Assembly: GCA_949297715.1 (NCBI GenBank)
Contig: CASFTJ010000002.1
Span: forward strand, 103,112 to 127,111
Length of the DNA stretch: 24,000 bases
From: an uncultured bacterium
GTDB taxonomy: Bacteria; Cyanobacteriota; Vampirovibrionia; Gastranaerophilales; Gastranaerophilaceae
Direction of reading: 5' to 3'
Part shown: piece after piece, positions 1-6,819 of the stretch
How the letters are laid out: each line of letters starts with the position of its first letter
Position numbering within the stretch: the first letter of the stretch is position 1
Notes under the pieces: model-generated
Told to the model about the DNA's origin: nothing
Database searches by the model: none
Seen by the model: only the letters and a program-made list of their open reading frames with translations
Translations under genes and position numbers: made by a program

Positions 1-351
1 TTTTTGTCCATTTCCGTCAATTAATTCTTTTTTATATAAAATGTTTAAGAAAGGAGCTAAATATATTTGGAAAGATTTATCGGTAGCATCTGACATGTTT
101 ATGTCATTGCCATCTTCATCCTTTTCTTCTTTAATCCAGTATGTCCAGCCTTCAATGTCACCGTTTTTACTTTTTGATAACAACACTGCCTGATTCATTA
201 TGGTATAAAATTTTTTTAATCGGGTTTCTACAACGTGCGTTTGATATTTCTGTGCTAGAGTAGGCAAGGTCATTGCGGCTACCAAACCTATAATCCCTAT
301 GGTTATAAGCACTTCTGCCATAGTGAATCCGTTCGATGTATTATAGTTCAT
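1..351 (-). CDS. Prepilin-type N-terminal domain protein (type IV pilin/pseudopilin-like); C-terminus cut off by the window edge
   Basis: Absent from the ORF track because there is no stop codon in the window. The reverse complement of 1..351 reads MNYNTSNGFTMAEVLITIGIIGLVAAMTLPTLAQKYQTHVVETRLKKFYTIMNQAVLLSKSKNGDIEGWTYWIKEEKDEDGND... The G|FTMAE motif followed by a hydrophobic helix is the prepilin cleavage/methylation motif. A GAGGAAG Shine-Dalgarno (complement of 354..360) lies just upstream of the ATG (complement of 349..351). The first ~60 aa align without gaps to the 16747..17454 product. Confidence 0.85.
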   Translation of the reverse strand, partial: MNYNTSNGFTMAEVLITIGIIGLVAAMTLPTLAQKYQTHVVETRLKKFYTIMNQAVLLSKSKNGDIEGWTYWIKEEKDEDGNDINMSDATDKSFQIYLAPFLNILYKKELIDGNGQK

Positions 352-365
352 AACTTCCTCTCTTA

Positions 366-385
366 ATATTATAATATATTATAAT
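366..385. repeat. Two perfect tandem copies of the 10-bp unit ATATTATAAT
   Basis: Positions 366-375 and 376-385 are identical. The ATTATAAT core is self-complementary, so TATAAT reads on both strands. The repeat lies between the predicted pilin promoter and the pilin Shine-Dalgarno. Confidence 0.8.
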
Positions 386-389
386 ATTT

Positions 390-418
390 ATCATAACATA
401 ATGTTATTTAATTAGCAA
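390..418 (-). promoter_or_regulatory. Candidate sigma70-type promoter for the pilin-like gene 1..351
   Basis: On the minus strand: TTGCTA (complement of 413-418), a 17-nt spacer, then TATGAT (complement of 390-395). Predicted from sequence only. Confidence 0.45.
393..407. promoter_or_regulatory. Perfect 7-1-7 palindrome ATAACAT-A-ATGTTAT; candidate operator for a dimeric HTH protein
   Basis: Read directly from the sequence. It lies in the spacer/-10 of the predicted pilin promoter and about 35 nt upstream of the divergent HTH gene. It contains two of the few C/G positions in this intergenic region. Confidence 0.5.
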
Positions 419-426
419 TATATGAT

Positions 427-435
427 TGTTAATAT
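427..435 (+). promoter_or_regulatory. Extended -10 element (TGtTAATAT) for the HTH gene, implying a leaderless mRNA
   Basis: TG at 427-428 and TAATAT at 430-435. Only 6 nt (ttcaat) separate the hexamer from the ATG at 442, and there is no Shine-Dalgarno. Confidence 0.4.
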
Positions 436-441
436 TTCAAT

Positions 442-663
442 ATGTTAGAGGATGAATTTTTAAAAGAATTTGGGTTTAAGCTTAAACTTTACAGGCTAAA
501 AAGAAATTACACTCAGGCACAATTAGGGGAAATGGTTGAAATCTCCGAGCATCGTATAAGCCAGATTGAAAACGGAAAATGTAATTTGACGCTTAAAACG
601 GTTAATAAAATTGCAAATGCTCTTGATATTAACAGTGCAAAGCTATTTACGTTTGATGAGTAA
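442..663 (+). CDS. Small Cro/C1 (XRE, HTH_3-type) transcriptional regulator, 73 aa
   Basis: The segment YTQAQLGEMVEISEHRISQIENGKCNLTLKTVNKIANAL is a classic XRE helix-turn-helix. It is a single-domain protein, divergent from the pilin-like gene. Confidence 0.85.
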   Translation: MLEDEFLKEFGFKLKLYRLKRNYTQAQLGEMVEISEHRISQIENGKCNLTLKTVNKIANALDINSAKLFTFDE

Positions 664-670
664 TAAAAAA

Positions 671-688
671 GCCTCAAATTATTGAGGC
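671..688. terminator. Candidate bidirectional stem-loop between convergent genes
   Basis: GCCTCAA (671-677) pairs with TTGAGGC (682-688). It is preceded by an A-run (664-670) and followed by TTT. It overlaps the last codons of the M16 gene. Confidence 0.5.
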
Positions 689-3276
689 TTTACTATTGAT
701 ATTACGTAATTGTTATTGAAATATTTATTGGCGGCTTCAATTATGTCCGATTCGGTTACGGAATTTATGAGTTTTATGTATTCATCGTCAAACTCGTATC
801 CTCGTCCTGAAATTTCGTACCAGCCAAGACTTGATGCTTTTTCAAGATTGGTTTCTCTTGCAATTATGTAATTTCCGATAAGTTTGTCTTTTGCTTCTTT
901 AAGTTCTTTTGTGCCGACAAACTCTTTTTTCAATCTGAAAACTTCTTTTAATAAAAGGTCTTTAGCTTTATCAAGATTTTGCGGATTTGTGCCTATGTAG
1001 ACAATAAAAGAACCTTTCAGAATGTTCGGAATATATCCGGAACCCAGTTGATAAGCAAGCCCTTCTTGATCTCTCAGGTTTTTGAATAATCTTGAGCTCA
1101 TACCCGAACCCAGCAAAGAATCCATAACCTGCAAGGCTGCATAATCTTTTTTACCGTCCACTCCGCAGGTCTGCCAAGCTATGAAAACCCAATCGGTTTT
1201 AGTTTGAGGCATAATTTTTACGGCTTCTTTTTGAGAAGTCAGGCGCCTAATTGTTTGCGAGTATGTTTGGTAGTCAAATTTTTCGCCTTCTTTTCTGTTG
1301 TCGAAAATTTTTGTAAAATCTTCTATAGCTTTTTGGCTGTCAATATCACCGTTTATTGAGATTACGACATTTTCGGGATAGAAAATGTTGTTGTAATAAT
1401 TCACAATTTCCTCGTGGTTTATTTGCGGGTAAGTTTTTTCAAAAATTTTGCTGGTGTATGAATACGGTGTTCCTTCAAAGATAAGATTTTTGTAATTTTC
1501 AATCGCAACTTGAAGCGGAATGTCACGATTTTGCTTTATTTTATTTAACTTTTCCGTTCTTGTTTTTTCAATTTCGTAATCGTCAAAAGTTGCGTTATTA
1601 ATTACTTCGTTGATAAGTTCAATTGTTTTTTCGTATTCGGGTTTTGTTGTTAAGATATTTACCTGAAATACGTCTGCTTTGACAGAGGGTGATATTTTAA
1701 TCCCGTTGTCTTCCAGAATTTGCGCAAGTTCTGTCGGAGAATATTTGCGTGTGCCTCTCATCATAACATCTGCTGTCATCGTTGAGGTTCCGGGAATTTT
1801 GTCAAGGAAGGTTCCGCCTTTTGCCTGAATGCTTATTGCGATTATTTCATTTACGTCATTCGGGGTAAGGATTAGTTCTGCGCCGTTTGAAAGTTTATAT
1901 TTTTTTGTTTCGTTGTTTTCGCTCAAAAGAGTTGCCGGAGTTGCTTCTTTTGTCGGAGTTTTAGAAGAAATTCCGACTTCCTTTGTGTCTTCCGGTAGAA
2001 CTATCGAAATTGCGGATTTGTCTTCTCCTAAGTATTTGTTTGCAACACGTTTCACGTCTGAGGGGGTAACTTTTTTTATGTTCTCAAGATAGTTTTCGTA
2101 ATATTTTATGTCGCCTGTCACAACGTAAATGTAACCTATTTCCTGCGCAATATTTGAAACTGATTCTCTTGAATAATATGTATCTCTTTCGATTACGTTT
2201 TTGGCAAGTTCAACCTGCTTTTCGGTTACACCGTTTTTTTGTATATTTGAAATTTCTTCAAAAATTGCATTCTGAAGTTTTTCAAGATTTTGCGGAACAA
2301 AATTTGCCGAAATATAGAAAATTCCATCATCCCTGAAACCTGCGTTGGAAGCTCCAATTGAGTATGCAAGCTGTTTTGAATCTTTTATATTTTTGTAAAA
2401 CACGCTTGAGCGCCCGTCACCGAGGATTGTCGATAAAACATCAAGAGCATATCCATCCTTATCGTCAGCTTTTACTCCGCGAAATCCGATAAGCATATAA
2501 CCTGATTGTGCCGGAAGATATTCTGTTTTTGTTTTTTGCTCTGTTAGCGGTTTTTCTGGGGGGAAAGTTAATTTTGCGGCTTTTCTGCCGTCGGATGTAA
2601 AATATTTATTTATAAGCGCAATTGTTTTTTCGGAATCGACGTCCCCTGAGATTATGGTAATCATATTAGAGGGAGTGTAGAATTTGTTGTAATAATTCAA
2701 AATTTCTTCTCTTTGAATTGTGCTTATGATGTCACGAGTTCCGATAACCTGACGCTTGTAAGGGTGCGTGGTGTATAACATTTCCATCAAATTGTCATAA
2801 ACAACGCTTTGAGGTTCGGTTTCATCTTTTGCGATTTCTTCTATAACAACTTTTCTTTCTTTTTCAAGCTCTTTTCTCGGGATAAGCGGGTGCAGAAGCA
2901 TATCTGCATGCAATTCAAGCGCAAGGTCAAAATAATTCGACGGAATTGTTATGTAATAATGCGTGAAATCTTTGCTTGTCGCAGCGTTTGTGATTGCCCC
3001 TTTGGATTCCAAAATTTTATCAAATTCTCCTGTCGGATGGTTTGTGGAACCCTTAAAAAACAGGTGCTCAAGAAAGTGTGAAACCCCGTTGTTGGAATCA
3101 TCTTCGTTAATTGAACCGGTTTTAATCCAGGTATCAATTGTGACAATCGGATTTGTGTGAACTTCCTTAATGACAACCGTCTGCCCGTTATCAAGATTGT
3201 AAACCGAAGCTTCGGAAGCAAAGACTAAATTCCCCGCTGCAATAACTGCAAAGATAAATAAAATTCTTTTAATCAT
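679..3276 (-). CDS. Secreted M16 (pitrilysin-family) zinc peptidase: a fused active plus inactive double unit, 865 aa
   Basis: N-terminal signal-like segment MIKRILFIFAVIAAGNLVFASEA. The N-half has the inverted zincin motif in GVSHFLEHLFFKG (HxxEH). The C-half has GTSTMTADVMMRG at the equivalent position, with no HxxEH. Confidence 0.9.
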   Translation of the reverse strand: MIKRILFIFAVIAAGNLVFASEASVYNLDNGQTVVIKEVHTNPIVTIDTWIKTGSINEDDSNNGVSHFLEHLFFKGSTNHPTGEFDKILESKGAITNAATSKDFTHYYITIPSNYFDLALELHADMLLHPLIPRKELEKERKVVIEEIAKDETEPQSVVYDNLMEMLYTTHPYKRQVIGTRDIISTIQREEILNYYNKFYTPSNMITIISGDVDSEKTIALINKYFTSDGRKAAKLTFPPEKPLTEQKTKTEYLPAQSGYMLIGFRGVKADDKDGYALDVLSTILGDGRSSVFYKNIKDSKQLAYSIGASNAGFRDDGIFYISANFVPQNLEKLQNAIFEEISNIQKNGVTEKQVELAKNVIERDTYYSRESVSNIAQEIGYIYVVTGDIKYYENYLENIKKVTPSDVKRVANKYLGEDKSAISIVLPEDTKEVGISSKTPTKEATPATLLSENNETKKYKLSNGAELILTPNDVNEIIAISIQAKGGTFLDKIPGTSTMTADVMMRGTRKYSPTELAQILEDNGIKISPSVKADVFQVNILTTKPEYEKTIELINEVINNATFDDYEIEKTRTEKLNKIKQNRDIPLQVAIENYKNLIFEGTPYSYTSKIFEKTYPQINHEEIVNYYNNIFYPENVVISINGDIDSQKAIEDFTKIFDNRKEGEKFDYQTYSQTIRRLTSQKEAVKIMPQTKTDWVFIAWQTCGVDGKKDYAALQVMDSLLGSGMSSRLFKNLRDQEGLAYQLGSGYIPNILKGSFIVYIGTNPQNLDKAKDLLLKEVFRLKKEFVGTKELKEAKDKLIGNYIIARETNLEKASSLGWYEISGRGYEFDDEYIKLINSVTESDIIEAANKYFNNNYVISIVKPQ

Positions 3277-3305
3277 ATCCCCTCTCTTTTTTATTTTTCA
3301 AAAAT

Positions 3306-3314
3306 ATTATATCA
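3306..3314 (-). promoter_or_regulatory. Extended -10 (TGaTATAAT) upstream of the M16 peptidase gene
   Basis: The complement of 3306..3314 reads TGATATAAT, about 30 nt upstream of the ATG at 3276. Confidence 0.4.
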
Positions 3315-3356
3315 TAATTTTTTTTACACTAAAAATAAGACAATCGGCTTAAAAAA

Positions 3357-3638
3357 TTACCATTTTAAAGCTTTCTTGAACACAAGCCATCCGCCTCCTG
3401 CGGCAGCAGCGATAAGCGTTAAAATTACCGAAAGCGGAGTTTTTCTTTTCTTTTCAAATTTTTGAGAATTTTCTTTTTGATAAATATCTTTTGCAATTTG
3501 TTTAAATTGATAATCTGCCTCTTTATCGTTATACAAAACGGGCTTATGCAAAGCATTCGGCGGGGTAAGAACTCCCACATTCAAAGGCTTTTGCACTTGT
3601 TTATTCACAACATTATTCACTGCTACACTATCTGTCAT
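3357..3638 (-). CDS. Hypothetical small protein with a C-terminal transmembrane anchor, 93 aa
   Basis: The ORF fills an otherwise ~390-bp gap. A hydrophilic K/Q/N-rich body is followed by TPLSVILTLIAAAAGGGWLVF KKALKW. No clear Shine-Dalgarno and no family recognised. Confidence 0.45.
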   Translation of the reverse strand: MTDSVAVNNVVNKQVQKPLNVGVLTPPNALHKPVLYNDKEADYQFKQIAKDIYQKENSQKFEKKRKTPLSVILTLIAAAAGGGWLVFKKALKW

Positions 3639-3710
3639 ATTTATATAAAAACATAAATCATTTAAAAATTGCCTTTTTGTAAAGTTTTAAAAATTAAAAA
3701 ACGATTAACC

Positions 3711-3753
3711 TTGACAAGAAAAATGAAATATTATAAAATAAGAATTATTATCA
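3711..3753 (+). promoter_or_regulatory. Promoter (TTGACA-17-TAAAAT) with an overlapping Per/Fur-box-like inverted repeat
   Basis: TTGACA at 3711-3716 and TAAAAT at 3734-3739. TAAGAATTATTATCA (3739-3753) resembles the TTATAATNATTATAA Per-box consensus (11 of 14 by eye). Confidence 0.55.
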
Positions 3754-3767
3754 CTTATGGCGAAAAG

Positions 3768-4151
3768 ATGAATTATTCAAGGCAAAGAGAAGTTATATTA
3801 AATACATTAAAAGAATACGTTGTCCACCCGACAGCGGAAAGTTTGTATGAAAAAGTTCAGGAAAAAGATCCTAAAATAAGTCTTGCGACATTATATAGAA
3901 ACTTAAATCAGCTTGTGGAAAACGGGATTATAAAAAAGATAGACGGGTTTTATGACTCTGCGCATTTTGATCATAATACGCATGAGCATTATCATTTTAT
4001 GTGCAAAAATTGCAAAAAAGTTTTTGATATATCATCAGATGTTGCACCTGACTTAATCCGAAAGACGGAGGCGGCGACGGGTTTTTTGATAGAAAATCAT
4101 GATATAATATTTTCCGGCATCTGCAGAGATTGCCAAAATGTGAGTAATTAA
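3768..4151 (+). CDS. perR: Fur-family metalloregulator, probably the peroxide sensor PerR
   Basis: The product reads [17 protein letters not shown]...[11 protein letters not shown]...[10 protein letters not shown]...[20 protein letters not shown]...CRDCQ. It has a winged helix, a His-rich metal site and two CxxC pairs. The track's TTG start at 3669 would place the promoter inside the gene, so the ATG at 3768 is preferred. The PerR assignment rests on the adjacent rubrerythrin/rubredoxin genes. Confidence 0.8.
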   Translation: MNYSRQREVILNTLKEYVVHPTAESLYEKVQEKDPKISLATLYRNLNQLVENGIIKKIDGFYDSAHFDHNTHEHYHFMCKNCKKVFDISSDVAPDLIRKTEAATGFLIENHDIIFSGICRDCQNVSN

Positions 4152-4168
4152 CAGTAAAGGAGAAAGTA

Positions 4169-4306
4169 ATGGACAAATTTGTATGTACAGTATGCGGTTA
4201 TGTTTACGATCCGGCAGAGAATGACAATGTGGCATTTGAAAATCTTCCGGATGATTATACCTGCCCTCTTTGCGGTGTTGGCAAAGATATGTTTGAAAAG
4301 CAATAA
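4169..4306 (+). CDS. rd: Rubredoxin, 45 aa (not in the ORF track)
   Basis: Manual translation gives [45 protein letters not shown]. It has CxxCGY...CPxCG iron-binding knuckles and an AAAGGAG Shine-Dalgarno at 4157-4163. Confidence 0.9.
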   Translation: MDKFVCTVCGYVYDPAENDNVAFENLPDDYTCPLCGVGKDMFEKQ

Positions 4307-4336
4307 GCACAAATATTAAAAAGAACAGGAGTTAAG

Positions 4337-4876
4337 ATGGAATTAAAAGGCAGCAAAACCGAAAAAAATCTGCAAACTGCATTTGCAGGTGAATCAGAAG
4401 CAAGAAATAAATATACATACTATGCTTCTCAAGCCAAAAAAGACGGATACGTTCAAATAAGCAGAATATTTGAAGAAACTGCAAATAATGAAAAAGAACA
4501 TGCAAAACTTTGGTTTAAAGCACTTCACGGCGACAAAATTGCGGATACAATGACGAACCTTGAAGATGCAGCTTCAGGAGAAAATTACGAGTGGACGGAT
4601 ATGTATGCTCGATTTGCCCGTGAAGCTAAAGAGGAAGGCTTTGATACAATTGCGGCATTGTTTGAAATGGTCGCTAAAATCGAAAAAGAACACGAAGAAA
4701 GATACAGAGCACTTCTTAAAGCCGTAAAAGAGGGAACGGTTTTTGAAAAATCAGAAAAAGTCGTATGGGAATGCGGAAACTGCGGACACGTTGCAGAAGG
4801 CGAAAAAGCACCTCAAATCTGTCCGGTCTGTAAGCATCCGCAAGCTTATTTCTTTATGAAAGCTAAAAATTATTAA
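4337..4876 (+). CDS. rbr: Rubrerythrin, 179 aa
   Basis: The di-iron four-helix-bundle ligands are present ([24 protein letters not shown]). A C-terminal rubredoxin-like domain follows (CGNCGH...CPVCKHP). Confidence 0.93.
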   Translation: MELKGSKTEKNLQTAFAGESEARNKYTYYASQAKKDGYVQISRIFEETANNEKEHAKLWFKALHGDKIADTMTNLEDAASGENYEWTDMYARFAREAKEEGFDTIAALFEMVAKIEKEHEERYRALLKAVKEGTVFEKSEKVVWECGNCGHVAEGEKAPQICPVCKHPQAYFFMKAKNY

Positions 4877-4891
4877 TTAATTAATTTAAAA

Positions 4892-4921
4892 AAGGCTTTG
4901 CATTTTGCAAAGTCTTTTTTA
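4892..4921 (+). terminator. Rho-independent terminator after rbr
   Basis: CTTTGC / GCAAAG stem (about 4895-4912) followed by TCTTTTTT. Confidence 0.6.
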
Positions 4922-4970
4922 ATGTGATATTATGTATTTGTGTTTAAATAAATCGGAAGGGATTGCTAAA

Positions 4971-5507
4971 TTGAATATACAAGGATCGGAAACGGGAAAA
5001 AATTTACAGCAGGCATTTGATTTTGTGACAAAAAGAAGAACAGAGTATGAGATTTATGCTCTTATAGCAGAAAAACAGGGGCAAAATGATTTAAGCCGGT
5101 TATTAACAATGTTTGCGGATATGGAAAAAGAGCATTCAAAATTATGGTATAAATGGTTGAATGACGGTGAAGTTCCGGATTTGACAAGCTGTCTTGAAAA
5201 TGCATTAGAGCAGGAAAGAGAAGAAATTGAAGGCGAGTATGAGGCCGCTGCTAAAAAAGCTCAAGAAGAAGGGTTTGAACATATTGCAGGTTTATTTAGA
5301 AATATAGCAAATATAGAAAAAGTTCACCTAGAACGATTGAAAAAAGCTATATGGAAACTTAAAGACGATGTAGAGCCGAATTATGACGGAACTTATAATT
5401 GGGCTTGTTCTGTCTGCGGAGCAATATTTAGACAGGTGGATGAGCCGAATTACTGCCCTTTGTGCGTTAAGGAGAATGTTTTCTTTTATAAAAAGCCGAA
5501 TAATTAA
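4971..5507 (+). CDS. Divergent rubrerythrin-family protein, about 178 aa from the TTG start (191 aa from the track's ATG at 4932)
   Basis: Aligns without gaps to the N-terminus of the preceding rubrerythrin. It retains EKEH, the ExxE segment (EQEREEIEGEY), E..H (IEKVH) and the C-terminal CSVCG...CPLC. GGAAGGG lies 9 nt upstream of the TTG at 4971. The start codon is uncertain. Confidence 0.8.
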   Translation: MNIQGSETGKNLQQAFDFVTKRRTEYEIYALIAEKQGQNDLSRLLTMFADMEKEHSKLWYKWLNDGEVPDLTSCLENALEQEREEIEGEYEAAAKKAQEEGFEHIAGLFRNIANIEKVHLERLKKAIWKLKDDVEPNYDGTYNWACSVCGAIFRQVDEPNYCPLCVKENVFFYKKPNN

Positions 5508-5534
5508 AATATAAATAGTAAAGGAGTAATTGAA

Positions 5535-6719
5535 ATGAAATTTCAAGAAATTAAAAACAACATTTTTTATTGCGGTCTGAATGATTGCGATAGAAGGATT
5601 TTTGATGAACTTATTCCGCTGGAACACGGAACAAGTTATAATTCATACCTTGTAAAAGGCAGCGAGAAAACCGCAATAATAGATACAATGTATCCGCCAA
5701 AAACAAATGAATATTTGAAAAGATTTGCGGAAAATCATATCGGAAAGGTTGATTATATAATAGCAAACCATGGTGAACAAGATCATTCAGGATCAATTCC
5801 CGTGCTTTTGGAAAAATTTCCGAATGCAGTAGTTTTAACTAATTCAAAGTGTGCCGAGAATATTAAAAATATGCTTCATGTTCCTTCTGAAAAAATAAGA
5901 GAAATTGCAGACGGAGAAGAAGTTTCTTTAGGCGATAAAACTTTAAAATTTATTTTTGCTCCCGGGGTTCACTGGCCTGATACGATGTTTACTTACATAA
6001 AAGAAGACAACGTAATTTGTACCTGCGACTTTTTGGGTGCGCATTATACTTTTTCAGATGTGTTTGCCGTAGAAAGCAAAGAGCTTGAAAAAAGTGCAAA
6101 ACGATATTATGCGGAAATTATGATGCCCTTTAGAATGATGTGCAAAAAATATACTCAAATGATTAAAGATATGAATGTCGATATGATTTTGCCAAGCCAC
6201 GGACCGGTTTACAAAAATCCGTCATTTATACTTGATCTTTATGCTGATTGGACTTCTGACTTACCGAAAAATCTGGTTGTGCTTCCTTATGTTTCAATGT
6301 ATAACAGCACAAAAGAAATGATAGATCGTTTGTCAGAAAAATTAAATGCAGAAGGTATTGAAACATTTAAATTTGATATAGTGGATGACGATTTAGGAGA
6401 TCTTGCAATGGCATTAGTGGATGCAGCGACAATCGTTATGGGAACATCAATGGTGCTTGCGGGTCCTCATCCGATGGCTGTGAATGTTGCTTATCTTGCG
6501 GCTATCTTAAGACCAAAAGCAAAATTTGCTTCCCTTATCGGTTCATACGGCTGGGGCGGCAAACTTTTTGATATAATCGTTAACCTTCTTGCACCTTTAA
6601 AACTTGATTTGATTGATCCGATTCAAATTAAAGGTAAACCTACAGAAGATGATTTCAAAAAAGTTGACGAAATGGCAAAAACAATTCTTGAGAAACATAA
6701 ATCAATAGGAATTGTATAA
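5535..6719 (+). CDS. Flavodiiron protein (A-type flavoprotein; O2/NO reductase), 394 aa
   Basis: The metallo-beta-lactamase-like domain has NHGEQDHSG (HxExDH), GVHWPD, CDFLGAHY and LPSHGP. The C-terminal flavodoxin-like domain has YVSMYNSTKEM. Confidence 0.9.
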   Translation: MKFQEIKNNIFYCGLNDCDRRIFDELIPLEHGTSYNSYLVKGSEKTAIIDTMYPPKTNEYLKRFAENHIGKVDYIIANHGEQDHSGSIPVLLEKFPNAVVLTNSKCAENIKNMLHVPSEKIREIADGEEVSLGDKTLKFIFAPGVHWPDTMFTYIKEDNVICTCDFLGAHYTFSDVFAVESKELEKSAKRYYAEIMMPFRMMCKKYTQMIKDMNVDMILPSHGPVYKNPSFILDLYADWTSDLPKNLVVLPYVSMYNSTKEMIDRLSEKLNAEGIETFKFDIVDDDLGDLAMALVDAATIVMGTSMVLAGPHPMAVNVAYLAAILRPKAKFASLIGSYGWGGKLFDIIVNLLAPLKLDLIDPIQIKGKPTEDDFKKVDEMAKTILEKHKSIGIV

Positions 6720-6728
6720 TTAAAATTA

Positions 6729-6758
6729 AAACGGGTTTAACAGTCCGTTTTCTTTTGG
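6729..6758 (+). terminator. Candidate terminator after the flavodiiron gene
   Basis: AAACGG (6729-6734) pairs with CCGTTT (6745-6750) across a 10-nt loop, followed by a T-rich tail. Confidence 0.45.
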
Positions 6759-6767
6759 ATTTTTGGA

Positions 6768-6804
6768 ATAAAAAAGGCGGCAGGATTTGAAAAATCCTGC
6801 CGCC
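6768..6804 (-). terminator. Strong rho-independent terminator for pepA
   Basis: A 13-bp perfect stem, GGCGGCAGGATTT (6776-6788) / AAATCCTGCCGCC (6792-6804), with a GAA loop. The minus strand then reads a T-run (complement of 6769-6775). Confidence 0.8.
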
Positions 6805-6819
6805 TCTGAATGAAAAAAT

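Noticed and set aside
1829-3221. Five track ORFs (1829..2092+, 2154..2336+, 2809..3081+, 2949..3221-, 2963..3160+) lying inside the M16 peptidase gene
   Set aside because: All lie within or antisense to a motif-supported 865-aa CDS. Their products are low-complexity F/L/R/K-rich strings with no Shine-Dalgarno, typical of shadow ORFs in AT-rich DNA.
3669-3767. N-terminal extension of the Fur-family ORF from a TTG start (MPFCKVLKIKKRLTLTRKMKYYKIRIIITYGEK)
   Set aside because: The extension would contain the TTGACA-17-TAAAAT promoter and the Per-box-like repeat. Fur-family homology begins at MNYSRQRE (ATG at 3768).
4053-4310. 85-aa minus-strand ORF spanning the end of perR and the rubredoxin region
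   Set aside because: The plus strand here encodes a textbook rubredoxin with its own Shine-Dalgarno, so the antisense ORF is a shadow.
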